A stretch of 64,000 nt of DNA from the human T2T-CHM13v2.0 reference genome, Homo sapiens: NCBI RefSeq assembly GCF_009914755.1, contig NC_060930.1. One strand, 5' to 3'. Shown piece after piece: positions 1 through 19,509 of the stretch. The translations under genes were made by a program, and so were the position numbers. The notes beneath the pieces were generated by a model that saw only the letters and a program-made list of their open reading frames with translations, ran no database searches and was not told where the DNA came from. Positions within the stretch are counted from its first letter, which is position 1. Each line of letters starts with the position of its first letter.

Positions 1-1632
<1,632 letters not shown>

Positions 1633-2124
1633 TTAATATTAACACACACACACTCACACTCACACAACTTGTAGACTTTTGAATAGATCATTCTCCCCCT
1701 GGTGCTTTCCGTCTGACTGATGCAAAATTCTCAATTTCCGCAAATAAAAACACAAAAACTGTCCAAAATTTATATAGGTCTGAAAGTTAATTTAAGGAAT
1801 TATTAGAATATAAAGTCCTTGAAGGCTACAAAAATATCATAGTTCTACTTCCCTTCTTCATACTATTTTATACACAGTAAGTGCTCAATAAATGTCTGCT
1901 CAAATGAATCTTCAAAAAGAGATTAGGGAGCTTAAATGTTCAGAAAGAAGTACTTTTATAGCAAGGCTTTCCAGGTGAATACTGACCTCTGAATTTCATC
2001 TCTTTATTTAGTCTTTGGCCAGTTTCTTTAGGAAGAGAGATCTGAGAAATCTTTAGAACATGACCGTAATATAGAAGATACTATAATTAACCTTCCTGCA
2101 TTTTTAAATTAAAAACATCCTTCT

Positions 2125-2238
2125 GCCTATAGTCCCAGGTACTCAGAAGGCTGAGGCAGGAGAACTGTTTGAGCCCAGGAGTTTGAATCCAGCCTGTGAA
2201 ACATAGCAAGATCCCTGTCTCTTAAAAAAAAAAAAAAA
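2125..2238 (+). mobile_element. FLAM (free left Alu monomer)
   Basis: Single Alu arm with gagcccaggagtttga...aacatagcaaga and A tail. Confidence 0.8.
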
Positions 2239-2658
2239 TCTTCATACAGAAAACCTCTATAGCAGAGTTAATACAAAACACAAAAAACATCCTGTTATCC
2301 TCTTGGATCAGGGAATGAGGTACGCTGGTTAATACCAATTGACTACATACAGATTAGTACTTACTAAATGAATGGGAACAAAATCACAACAAGATCACCA
2401 TCTTTCATGGATAAATCAGAAAACATTTGGATATGTTACACTGCCTTAGGGTCATTGTTATAATCAACTATCATTATTTACTATGTTGGACTGCTTTTGC
2501 CCATGTACTCAGTAAGGAAGTTTCAGTTGAAGTAATACTAGGCAGACCAACTTTTACCACAGGACATTAAAACCAAGAGAACTGACAGCTCAACCCTAAA
2601 AGCTGAACATCTTTTTTTTTCTCTCTCTTTTTTTTTTTAAATAAAATAGGCAATTCAC

Positions 2659-2706
2659 CTGTCTGGATCTTTCCTCAAATCTGTTTCCAGGTCCTGCAAA
2701 GTTTAC
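2659..2706 (-). other. Candidate micro-exon (48 nt; 35 nt with alternative acceptor at 2693)
   Basis: Minus strand gcttttttaaag|GTAAAC...CCAGACAG|gtgaat in non-repetitive DNA; splice motifs only. Confidence 0.3.
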
Positions 2707-5068
2707 CTTTAAAAAAGCATGATTGTACATGAGCAAAAATACATGGCCTAAATATGTGTCAGGCTTGCTTACTGGAACAAGGGATATAATTTCCAGAAAA
2801 ATACAGTAACATGTCTATAGAAAAATCATATGTAGGATGTAAAGCTCTTACAAATTAACTGTTAAGTAAACAGAATTTCTGCCTTAGAACTTCATTAACT
2901 ATGTTAAATGAAGGTAAGTTTAGCCTCCCTTTCCTCATCCTCTTTATTCTCTAGTGTGTCCTCTAAAAAGGCATCTTTGAGAAAGGAAGCTACAAATTTT
3001 TGTCCTTAAAAGTCAACTCAAACACATTTAAAGAAACTAAGATTGTATTAATTATTTAATAGTTATGTATATTCACTAGGCAAAGAATCTGGCACTGAAA
3101 AAAATGATGCACTTTTCTTCTGGGTTCCCATATACAGGAATCAAAATAATTTACAAAGATTTGTACAATGAGGAACAGTGGACTCAAAAATTCAAACTTT
3201 GTGATATTAAAAAGTAACTTCATGTTTATTAGATGTAAATAGTTTTACATTGTATATGTCATTTTCTAAAAAAAAAAAAAACAAAAATTGACAATTGGAT
3301 CCTATATTTAAGTGTTATCTGAACATGTCACAGAACAATGTTCTAAGGCTCACAGCAGGATTAGGCTTACATTTAAATCACTGACATTATTTGGTAATTA
3401 TTCATCTTGGATAAAATCTAATCTGACCATTCATGTCATAAAACCAGAGTCCACAAAGTTGGAAGGTATCCAAGAACTCACTAGTGCAATCTCCTCATTT
3501 CATAAAAGAACAAAGTAGGGCCAATCGAAGTTAAATAATTTGCCCCAAATGCCCAAAGATCTCAGGATTAGGGTACAGCAGACTGCAAGCTATACTACTT
3601 TATCAATGAAGCTAACTAAATCCCATTTGACCAGAAATAAATATTTTCCAAAGGCTTAATCAATTTTGTTCTTTCATCAGAGTTTGGAGGAAAATATAAA
3701 GATCACCTAGCAATCACTTTTAGTAATATGAGAAACCTTCAAAATATTTCTCTAGTACATAAAACAATGCAAAATTAAAGAAACCACAGAAGTCCAAAGC
3801 TAGGGTTGTCCCAGCTATCCTTCTCCAATAGCAACAAGATGCACAAGAATGTTACATCTAAATTTGACTTAAGGAAAGGAAAATCACATACAGAGCAACA
3901 GAATAACTTAATCCACAAGCTGCTTCCTTCTCAAATAAGTCTGAAGGGTTTGTCCATTTTTCCACCAACCTGTTGCACTCTGCTTTGGTATTTCTCCACC
4001 ATTGCGGTCCACACATTCCCAAGGAGGGTCTGACTACTTAGACCTTGACATCTGGAAAGTTCATTGTTCCCCAGCTTCTCCTCACCACCCGTGAAAAAGA
4101 CCAGAAAGATTGGTTGACTGTTCTTGGAGATGAGATGACAGGCCTGCAGGTGCACCTGTAGCCTCTGACCTGCCAGTAGAATCTTCACTTGCATGACTAA
4201 AGCAGCAGCTTAGATTTCCAGAAATATTAGCAGTTTTCATTTAAACTTTCTCTAGAGACCCTGGGCAGATGACATGAATGAACTGCTCAAAAATTTCCTC
4301 AGCAAACCTTTAACTCTCATTTTTGCTGATACCATTATTTTTGTAGGAATAAGGGAGAGAAATTACAGAGACAGAAGGAAAGAAAAATTTTAAAGAAAGA
4401 AAAGCATTATTTGCTGTGTAAAGGCAGTTACCCAAGGCTAATATGCAGTGTGTCAAAGGTATAACTGAAATATCTTAACCTGTAATCCAAATCCAAAGAA
4501 TAAACATGAACATTAAAATAATACTGAAGCATAAAGGTCTGAAGGATAACAGATATCCACAGTTATTCTGCAGGAAGACCCATAGACTAAGTTGGCTTTC
4601 CAGCCCTACTGACCATCCCTAGAGGCTTCAACTGTGAGCCTGGTAGAAAACTGTATTAGAAGTTGCAATGATTTCATTTTCTCCATCTCTTGAGATGCTA
4701 GGAAAGGTCCAAATTACACTCTGAGTGCTGGAGCAAATGTTACAAAAATGTACAAAATTACTTGTGATGTCACTGAAGAAAGTTAGCAGACAACTAGGAG
4801 AAGAATGTCATCAAAATAAATAAACTCTCAAAGAGATTGGCATGCATTACATGATTCTCAATCCTATTCAATCAATTACATTATTTTAGTATAATTATCT
4901 ATTTCCTTAGACTACCATTATTTAAATTAGATGATCTAAAACCATGCTAATGGGGAAAACCCTACCAATCAAAAAACGAAGAAAAGAAAATCCTAGACTC
5001 AATTTCCTCACCCCGACAGCCACAATGCATAAGAAGAGAAGAAAGAATATGTCAACAATATGTATACT

Positions 5069-5145
5069 TAGTAGAGCATAAGTTTATTATCCAGCCCAGG
5101 ACACTACTGAAAATGAAAAAGGACACTATTAAAAATTATACCAGG
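5069..5145 (+). mobile_element. MER81 (hAT-Blackjack) 5' half; 3' half at about 7664-7732
   Basis: ttatccagcccaggacactactgaaaatgaaaaaggacactattaaaaattatacc resembles MER81; remainder resumes after the L1. Confidence 0.6.
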
Positions 5146-7663
<2,518 letters not shown>

Positions 7664-10634
7664 AAATATGTGCCAAGAAAATAGATATAAGCCAGAATCA
7701 TCCTGGAAACACTAGGACATTATGCTCATCTGATGTATGACCCAAGTCTACTTTTGCTCTTAACATCCTTTCAGTGTTAACAATCTAGAGAATAATTGAG
7801 TTTGTGTGATTTAGTAATAAATGAAAAATCTAACTGGATTCTATCATAGCTATTTTTTTAACCTTTTTTGGAATTTCTAGCTCCATAAAATACAAAATAA
7901 TGCTTCAAATAAGGTTCCTTGAACTGATGGGGGGAGGGTGGGGAGAGGAAATGCAGAAGATGATTTGTGATTAAAAGACTTTTTAATACTTAGAACCACC
8001 TTTTTGCTCACATTTTATATTTAGGGCCTAAGTATTTTATTCTTGTGGAAGAGATAATAACATGGCTATTGGAAAAGAAACCCCATCTAACTCTTAAGAT
8101 CAGTGGTGAACCAGGAGGCCCACAACACTGTATCTACAGCTCATGAGAGATAAGAAAGAAACCAAACAGAAGAGTTTTTTAAAAATACCATGTGTAATGA
8201 TAAGAGGGAATAAAGAAAGGCAGTGAAAACTGACTAACCTCCTTCTTTCCTGGCTAGTAAGAAATAGATTTTATTTTTAAATTAACTCTTTGTATAACTG
8301 TCTACTGTAAGTATAAGGACTAATAACATCCTTAGAGAGCTCCTGCTGCCAGAAATAGTTTCTATTCCAAGCAGGGGATGGGGGGATTACAAAGCAGGTA
8401 CGGAAATCATTTGAAAGCAAAGATTTTTCTTGATGCTTTACCCCATTCAATAGCTGTATGAGGAGGGCCAATGTTTTAGGAAGTTATTGGTACTTCTAGT
8501 ATACTAAAATGGTATAAACCCATATTATATTTCCTTTGTGGAGGGTGGCAAACTAGAATTACTGCCAAAGTTACTTTGTAGTATGTCTAATGTATCAATA
8601 CATATTATAACTGAACCTATTACCCTTAGTTTGCCCACAAAATCCATTTCATTCATGTATTAAATAAATATTTACTTTATGTTTCTTATGCGCCAGCACT
8701 TTTTGAATGCTTCATAGATTTTGAAAAAAAAGATACATGCTCATTTTTTTTTAAGACTCAAGCAAGTCAAACAAGTACAAAAATAAAAGGGGGGAAAAAA
8801 TCACCCTACAACCTCCTACCCAGAATTTAACCCTTGGTGAAAAACAATCTAGACATCTCTCTTTGCCAGGCACATTAATACATATTTTATAAAAAGGATT
8901 TTAGCCATTTTACTAATGGGAAACATTTCTTTATAAAAAAAACAACTATTAAGCTTGATGTTTATAACAATATTAATCCTAGACTCTTCTATTATTAAAA
9001 ATGACCCGAGAATTCAGGCCAATAAGGCTTCACCTAAAACATACCTAATAGAACCTTTCTCTAATTAAAAGTGGACCCTAGATGAAAATAAACACAGGTA
9101 TACATGTTTTAACATCGGCCAAGTGTAACTTTGCTTGTATGTAAAGAAGCTAATTGGGCAGCAGCTCTGTCAGTATACTGAAGTAGATTTCAATTGGCTG
9201 CCTATTTTGAGTTAACCCATAGAAAATAAAACAGTCAGATACTGCTTGCAGCAGTGAACGGTAATGGCTTTAAAAATTTTTTTAAAACATTCTTTAAAAG
9301 AGGGTATACAACAAGTTGCATATTTTTCTTGATCTTTAGTTCCATGTTCATCTTTAAAATTCTCAAAAAAAAGTTTTCAGTCATTTTCTTATTAGATACA
9401 ATTTTAAAGTAACTTGAGCATGATTCATTAGCTTAAATCTGACAGAGAAAAATGACTACACATAAGGCTTTCACAGCATCTGAACTTTTAATGCATAAAC
9501 CATGTCAAATAATTTTTCATAAGGAAAGAGCAAACATTACTGTCTTCTAACCGGTAGGTAATTTCCTCCTCTTCCTTTTAGTCTCAGTTCATCAGTATTG
9601 ATACAGGTGACTTGTTGGGCACCCTGAATTCCATCCTGGCCTCCTTCAACGTTCCCTTCAATTTACTCTAGTGTCAGAAGTACAAGCAAACTTTGGATTG
9701 GCCCCAGAACAGTTATACCCAGACTTCAAGCTTGGCACTCCCCTTCTTGAAACTTAGCCTGTTTTGATTCCTCTCTTATTGTCTCATATCCAATACAGTG
9801 TCCTTTATACCGAACTGGGGACTGTCCATAACTCTACCTATTCTTCTCAATATCATTTATGATATTGATGGGTCTACTGATTTTTTAAAAAACAGTATTT
9901 GGTTTTATTCATTTTTCTCTATATTTTGTCTTTTATTTCACTGATTCTGCTCTATATTACTGCCTTCCTTTACATTAGGTTTAATTTGCTCTTCTTTTCT
10001 CGTTTATTCAGGTAGAAGCTTAGATCATTATTGTAAAGCAATTAATTTTCCTCTAGTATTGCTTTACCTGCATCCTACAAATTGACATGTTGTTTTTTCA
10101 TCTTCATTCACAATATTTTCTAATTTTCCATAAAATTTCGTATTTTACCCATGAGTTATTTAGAAGACTATTGTTTAATTTCTAAATATCTGGGAATTTT
10201 CCAGATATCTATTATAGTGAATTCTAATTTAACTCTGTTTTCAGTCAGGGAATACATTCTGTGATTTCAAAACTTTTAAAGTATTGAGACTTTAAAAATA
10301 TCACCCAGCATATGGTTAATCTAAGTGAAGTTCTATGTGCACTTAAAAAAAAGAATGTTTACTCTGTACTTGTTTGGAGGCATGTTCCATAAATGTCAAT
10401 TAGGTCAAGTTGGTTCATAGTGCTGTTCAGTCTTCTAAATCCCTATGAATTTTATGTATACTTGTTCTATTAATTGTTAAGAGAGGAGTATTAAAATCTC
10501 CTACTATAACTATGGATTTGTCTATTTCAGTTGTCAGTTTTTGCTCCATGTACTTCAAAGCTGTTATTATGTACATCTATGCACATTAAGAATACTTATA
10601 TATTCTTGATGAATTGACTGTTTTATGATTTATA

Positions 10635-10714
10635 TTAGGGTGGTGCAAAAGTAACTGCAGTTTTTACGATTGAAAGTAATGGCAAAAGCCACAATTTCTT
10701 TTGCACCAACATAA
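10635..10714. mobile_element. MADE1 (Hsmar1-derived palindromic MITE)
   Basis: 80 bp ttagggtggtgcaaaagtaa...cttttgcaccaacataa with TA TSD at 10633-34 and 10715-16. Confidence 0.95.
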
Positions 10715-11124
10715 TACATGTTCCTTTTTAACCCTTGTAATATTCTTTGCTCTGAAGTCTGCTTTGAGATTAATACAGCTATTTCAGCTTTCTTGCTATT
10801 TGTTTGATACATATTTTTCTATCTCTTTGGTTTTTATATTCAAAGCAAGTTTCTTATAGACAGCCAAGAGTTTCTTGCTTTCATATGTAGCCTGAAAATC
10901 TTTGCTTTTTATCTGGAAGATTTAGACCACTTAGAGTTAATTTAATTACTGATGAGACTGGGTTTAAATCTACCATCTTACTATTTGTTTTCTGTTTGTT
11001 CTCTCTTTTTTCCTCGTTTCCTGCCTTCTTCTGGATTATTTTTTAGTATTCCATTTTATCTTCTCTATTTGGCTTATTTTTCAAGTGGTTCTTCTAGGAT
11101 TTGGAGTATATGTATTTTACTTAC

Positions 11125-11536
11125 TGTATTAGTCCATTCCCTGCATTGCTATGAAGAATACCTGGGACTGGGTAATTTATAAGAAAAGTGGTTTAACTGG
11201 CTTACGGTTCTGCAGACTGTACAGGAAGCATAACACCAGCATCTGCTTCTGGAGAAGGCTCTGGAAGCTTACAATCATGGCAGAAGGCAAAGCAGGAGCT
11301 TGCTCATCACATGGCAAAAGCAGGAGCAGGGGAGGGAGGAGGTGCCACACAATTTTAAAGAACCAGCTCTCATAAGAACTCACTACCATGAGGACAGTAC
11401 CGAGATCATCGTACTAAACCATTCAAGATAAACCACCCCCCATGATCCAGTCACCTCCTACCAGGTCACATCTCCAACACTGAGGATTACAATTCAACAT
11501 GGGATTTGGGTGGGGACACAGATCCAAACCATGTCA
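11125..11536 (-). mobile_element. MST-family (MaLR) solo LTR
   Basis: tgtattagtcc...gatccaaaccatgtca termini; near-TSD cttac/cttat. Confidence 0.9.
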
Positions 11537-13185
11537 CTTATCAAGGTCTACCTTCAAATTATAGTATAACCTTTTCTGTAAAATGTACTAACCTTTCAAC
11601 AATATACATTCATTATTCCTCTCCTACCCTTTATCTTGTTTTCATACATTTTACTACCTCATATGTTATATGTCCCACAATATATTGCTGGGTTTTTTTG
11701 TTTTAAATAGTTAATTATCCTTAAATTTTTAAATGAGGAACAAGAACTCTGTTATATTTACTCACATATTTAGCATTTCCAAAATGCTTCATTCTTCTGT
11801 GTAGCTCAGTTTCCATTAGGTATCGTTTCCCTTCTTTCTGAAGAACAATGTTTAACATTTCTCATACTGGTGATCTGTTTGTGATGACTTCTTTCAGCTT
11901 TGATTTGTCAAAAAAGTATTTCACCTCTATTTATGATATTTTCAATGGATATAGTAATCTAGGTTGACAGCTTTTTTTTTCCTCTCAACACTTTAAAGAT
12001 GTCATTCTCTTATCTTCTGACTTTTATAGTTTCTGATATGTCTTGATAAGCATACCTTTATTCCTCTTTAATAGGCCTATTTTTTAATCTACCTGAATTT
12101 AAGATTTTTCTCTTTATCAGTTATTTTCAGCAATTTGATTATGATGTATCCTGGTGCTGGTTTTCTTTATGATTATCCTGTTTGTGGCCTATTGAGCTTC
12201 TTAGATCTGGAAGTTTATGCTTTCCATCACATATGAAAATTTTTGAAACATTATTACTTTATTTTTCTGTGCCCACCTTCTGGTGTTCCAATTACTCATT
12301 TTTTAAACCACTTGATATTGGCCTAAACATTAATGAAGCTCTATACATTTTTTCATCTTCTGTCTATGCTTCATATTCTGCATAGTAATTTTTAATATAA
12401 TTGATCTTTTCTTCTGCAGTATCTAACTTGTCTGTAATTTATATAAGTGAAATTCATTAAATATACTTTATATTTCATCTTTATAAGTTCCATTTGGCTC
12501 TTTATATTTTCCATTTCTCTACTTATGTTGATTTTTGTTTTAATTACTTGAATATATTGAATATATTTATTGTAGCTATTTCAACATTCTTGTCTGTCTG
12601 CTGATTCCATTATTTCTGTTTTGAGGTCTGTTTCTATTAATTGGTTTTAATTTTGATTTTTGAGCTATGTTTCTCTGCCTCTTGACATGTCTAGTAATTT
12701 TTTTACTGTATGCCAAGTAGTTGATTTTATGTTGCTGAGTGTTAGATTCTGCTATATTTGTTTAAAGAGGATTGATCTTTGTTCTAACAGACAGTTAAAT
12801 TACATCTGAACCCATTTGATCTATGTGGAGTTTCATTTATGGTGGCTTAGACTAGTCTTTATTCTAGAACTAATTTATTCCCACTACAAAGGTGTGACCC
12901 TTCTAATATCTCCCCCAAAGAACCCACGTATTCTGTGAGTGTTTTTCACTCTAATGGGAACTCAAATGATTTCTGGTCCTGTATGTTCTCTGGGAATTGT
13001 TCAGCTCCTCAATAACTTTTTCTAAGAAGTTGTTTTTGCACACTCCATGGAATTTCACCTTACCCATATATAGGACTCAAAGGGACTCCTAAACAGATTA
13101 TCTAGAACTTTTTTTTTCCATAGCTCCCTCCTGTCTGTTATATCACCTTGCACATCCTAGTTACCAAGACCTGCCCAAACTTTAA

Positions 13186-13881
<696 letters not shown>

Positions 13882-14024
13882 TTTGCCCTCTCCTCTGTTA
13901 CGCAGAAAGGAACTGAGCTAGGATGAGATTGGAATGAAGCTTTAGTTAGATTCTGCTCACTTCTATTTTCAAAAATCTCAAGGGTGAAACTGTCAGTTGT
14001 CTGTGTAGGCTTCTTCCTCTAGAT

Positions 14025-15461
14025 TAGTAGTTCTCAAAGTATGGTCTGTGGATCCCCAGGGGTCCTGAGATTTTTTTTTTTTTGGTGGGCGAGGGGGAAG
14101 CATGAAATAAAAACTGTAATGTAGTAATACTAAGATATTATTTGCTCTTCTGTGTTGACACTAGCACTAATAGTACAAAAGCATTGGAAGGTAAAAGTGT
14201 TGGAGACTTAACATGAATCAAGGCAGTGGCACCCAATGTACATTTATAGTTTTCAGTGCCATATACCCACAGTAAGAAAAAAATACCAATTTTACTTAAT
14301 GTCCTTGATGAACCAGTACAAATGGTGAAATTTATTAACTTTTGACCTGTGAGTACATGTCTTTTTTATAATCTAAATTACAAAATGAGAAGTATATATA
14401 AAGCATTTCTGCCATATACCAAAATATAGTCCTTGTCTCAAGGAAAAGAGCTTGTGTGATTCTTTTGAGTTGCAAGCTGAATTAGCTGGTTTTTTGTTTT
14501 CCATGAAACACCACTTTTACTTGAAAGAACAATGAATAGACAAATTATGGTCTTTCAACTTGAATGTTTAATAGGTGTTTCCTCTAAAATAAATGCAGTA
14601 AGAAAAATAACAGTATTTGTTGCCAAAAATAAAATTTGAGCTTTCAGGCAGAAATTAGAATTGTGGAAAACTTGTATCAGCCACTATAAACTTGACAGCT
14701 TTTCAATACCTAATGACTTTTTCTAATGAGATCAGTGGTGACACTAATAAATATGGTATTTTTAAATATCATAAAATAAAACGTCAATGTTTGGAAGAGA
14801 AGCATACCTCAGTAAACCAACATTTCCAAATGATCAATGCATGGTACAAAATTATGGACGGGTAAAAAAACCCACTCAAAATACAAAACAGAATAACACA
14901 TTTTAATGTAATAAAGTTCAAAAAGTACATTGACATGGTTTCAGATTCCACTCTGTAACTAACCTTTAAGAAACTACCACCTGTCAAATTTGGGGATCAG
15001 ATCAAAAAAGAATATTCACAATTATCTGAAAAAGTGGTTACATTGCTCCTCCTTTTCCCAACTGCTTATCTGTGGGAGGCTCCATTTTCTCAACTTATTT
15101 TAACCAAAACAACACATTGCAACAAAGTGGAAGCAGAAGCAGATAAGAAAATTCAGCTGTCTCCTATTAAACCAGACAGTAAAGTGTTACAAAATACAAA
15201 ACAATCCTACTCCTTAGTAATATCTTTTTGTTTTTAAAAGTGTAATCCTTTTTCCAAAAAATGTTTATTAATGTTCACATGTAATGGGTCTATTATTGTT
15301 TTAAAAGTAATAAATATTTAAAATTCTTACTTTTAATTTCTGAATTTCTGATACAGTAAATATCAACAGATATAAGCCACAAAAGCAAAATATCCTTGGG
15401 GGTCTTCAACTATTTTTAAGATTGGAATGGGGTCTTGAAATCAAAAAGTTTGAGAACCTAG
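14025..15461 (+). mobile_element. Charlie1a-like hAT DNA transposon
   Basis: TIR-like ends tagttctcaaag / tttgagaacc; internal gaatcaaggcagtggcacc and gagttgcaagctgaa; about 1.44 kb. Confidence 0.85.
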
Positions 15462-15934
15462 CAAGTCTCCTAAGCACCATGAGACTATAAGAGATTCAAC
15501 TTGGCTTTTCTAGACTGGCCCTCAGCCTCCCATACTGCCATAGCATTTAGCAAATACCTAGTGGAGAAAAATAAGTCTGCGAATTTCAGGCTCCCTTAGA
15601 TTTCCATCTGTCAAACCAGCCCATACAACTATTAAAAGGTCATTTGACTTCTCTTTTCCTGCGTGGGCTCCCCCACCTGGACCAAACCTGATCTAGAAAC
15701 ATGTCCATACTTGGAAACTGTCCTCAGGAGAAACCAATTGGCCATCTCAGTTCACATGAGAAAGGGGCTTCCCTCTCTAGACTTTCAGTGTATCTCCTCT
15801 TTTCTTCCACAGCTCCCCTATAGCTTTAAAAATAAGATTTTTAGAATGTATTCATATTCTACACAGGAAATGGTCTGTCACTATCTACCACATATTATCC
15901 AAGGGAAGAAATCTTTTAATCCACTAAAAAATAA

Positions 15935-16130
15935 CAAAAGCTAGCACATATACCACCTGCCAAACAATCTTCCCAGCATTGTATGTAATAGTAACTCATT
16001 TAATTCTCAAGGCAACATAATAAGGTAGATAATATTACTATCCTCACTAAGTCACACAGCTGGCTAGTTAGCAGTGAAGCCAGGATTCAAGCCCAGGCAG
16101 TTGTTTCAGAGTACAGGCCCTTAGCCTCTA
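15935..16130 (-). mobile_element. MIR
   Basis: ctcatttaattctc...aagtcacacagct...ggattcaagcccaggcag. Confidence 0.7.
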
Positions 16131-18750
16131 ACAAGGTACCTACCCTTGGTCTTATCTACCACACATTTTCCCCCAGGAAACAGCCCATTTTCAGAGTTGT
16201 GACTATCACCTGAAGTCGCAAAATCTTGATCTCCAAGTCTCACCTGTCCAACTGCTGGCTAAACTTCAACCTGGATGTTCAGCATATTATAAAACCAATG
16301 CATCTTCTTCACAGTCCTGAAACCTCTTTCCCAAACTGTCACCAATTCTTTAGCATCCTTCCCACCCTTGGCCAATCTGGGCAATTATGATCCTATCTTC
16401 CCCTAAGTTTCAGATACATTTATGTCTATACCAGTAATCCCCAAACACTGATTTCCAACCAAGTTTACAATGGTGCATATAAAAAAGAGAAAAATAGTAA
16501 TGTGCTATTCATTTTTAAAAACCTGTCTTTTATTCTGAGATAATTCCTACTATTTACTGTTAGAATGTTTTTGTTTTTCCTTTTATGAAAAAATGATAAT
16601 AGATAATAGTTCATTTTATATTTTTTTCTTAGTGAACTAAAACATTAACAATACTATAATGATTCCCAAAGTTAGCTGCTCTGAAAATTTACTAACCTAG
16701 GAAATTTTTATATCAGCAATCTTTTTTTTTCCCTCAAAAATGGCAGATTAGAGGCTTTGTTAGCATACCTCATCCATTTGGAAATAACAAAATAGTGTGT
16801 AGAGATTCATACTGTGAACTTTTATACAAGAAGGAACACAGGAGCTTAACACAAAAGTGAAAGAAACTTCAGATACTTTGAAAAATAAGAGCGGGCAGCA
16901 GCTTGCACTGCAGATCAAGCAGAAAACTGATGTGAATTCCCAGTATGTGAGTGGGGGGAGTGTCTCCACAATACACATTCCTACTGGGGAGCCAGGCAAT
17001 CCAGGTCACAGGGGAGCTTTCTGACCCTATCAAGTGCTGATAGTGTCAGGGAGCAGTGGAGAGACTGTGAGAAGGAGCAGCAGAGGGAAGTGCTCCATGC
17101 ACACTCCCAGACCTTGGGGTCAATAGAAGGTCATTTCTGGTCCTAATTAATTAGGGGACACATGGATGCCTACCAACCAGAATAGGCAGCAGTCAATGAT
17201 TTGGAGAATCTCTGGACTGGCATTTGTGATCTAGTCTCAAGCGGGGAGGACACCCCACAGTCAGAACCAAGAGGTGAATGTGGTGTGAGCTCCAGCTGCA
17301 GGTGCAGGAGTTAGGCCCCCAATTCCCTCTTTGTGGGACTGGACTGGGAGGAGTGTGGCCTGGGGGCCGCAGTTTTTGTCCTGGGAGTTTGGCAGACTGG
17401 GGTGGTTTTGCAACCTGAGGATGAACTGTTTGTGACTTGGCTGGCTGTCTCAGCTTGCTGCAAGAGGTGGTCTGCAAGAGAAAGTCTTGCTAGGTCAAGA
17501 CCATGGGAGCAATGCAGGTCCCACTACCACGTGCTAAGCTGTGGAGCTCAAGCAGTCCCTTTTTCCCCATACTGGCTCTCTAGCATGGCAGTGGTTGTCC
17601 TACTGCTCCCTGGAGTGTTGCTCCAGGGGCTTGAAAACAGCCTTCTGACCCTTATCAGGGCTGGTGTTTGCACCTGCCATTGGAGGGCCTGAGCACAGAC
17701 TTGCCTGGCCCAGCTCTACCCAGCTCTGCCCTGCCCCAACTGCCTTAGAGACAGACCATAGGTTATGGTAATTGCAGAGGTTGCACAAACTTTGTCTCCT
17801 TCCCGAGCACTGTGCAATTGTGTCAGCAGATACTATAATGCGCTGAACTTCAGAACCTGAAGACAAGTCTTTACAACTAATCCATAGCCCAGCCCGTTGC
17901 ATGGGACATCCAAGTACTTCTCCTGGTTAACAAAGGTCAAGTATAAACACTACTGCAACCATCACAGCAGGCTCTCACCTGTAAGTATCAATTACTGGCC
18001 AGGAGGTCAACATGCAAAGCCCATTACAGTATCTGCTGATACAACTGTACAGTACTCAGGAAGGACACAAGCTTTGTGCAACCTTTACTATTACCATTAC
18101 CCACACAAGCCCGGCTACTCAGGAGACCTTGAGCCTACTCTCCCTACTGGTACATTACTACTACAACTGGCATTTGAGAAAGCTGCTGCATTAAGGCTTT
18201 TTATAACCAAGGAAATTATACAGTGTCTATATCAGTGAATGCACCCAAAAGCAAAACTAGACAACCCTACTAAACATCATCATAGACACACCCTCAAAAG
18301 AAAAAAAAGTCCTACTCCAACAAAAGTAATTCAAAAATAAAAAGAAGCGACTGTTACCCCAGATGTGAAGGAATCAGCATAACACTGAAAGTATGAAAAA
18401 ACAAGGTGCTATGAGATCCTCAAAGGAGCACAGTACATCTCTAGCAATGGATCCTAACGAAAAAGAAATCTTTGAAATGCCAGGTAAAAAATTAAAAATA
18501 CTGATTTTAAAGAAGCTCAACAAGATAAAAGAGAAATCTGAAAACCAATACAAAGAAATCAGAAAATCAACTCAGGATATGAACAAGAAACACAACTTCT
18601 AGAAATGAAAAACTTGTTCAAGGAGTTACAAAATACAGTTGAAAGCTTCAACAACAGAATAGACTAAGCAGGTGAAAGAATTTCAAAACTTGCAGACAGG
18701 CCTTTTGAACTAACCCAGTCAGACAACAATTAAAAAAAAAAGGAATGAAC

Positions 18751-19223
<473 letters not shown>

Positions 19224-19270
19224 TCAACAAGTATGGGACTATATAAAACAATCAAACTTATAAATCATAG

Positions 19271-19471
19271 TGTATTAGTCTGTTCTCACAATAAAGATAT
19301 ACCAGAGACTGGGTAATATATATACACACACACACACACACATATATATACGTATATATATGTATACATATATATACGTATATATATGTATATATGTATA
19401 CGTATATACGTATATATGTATACATATATACGTATATATGTATACATATATATACACACACATATATACAT

Positions 19472-19509
<38 letters not shown>

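Noticed and set aside
7929-7948. G-rich run as a G-quadruplex
   Set aside because: Only three separated G3+ tracts
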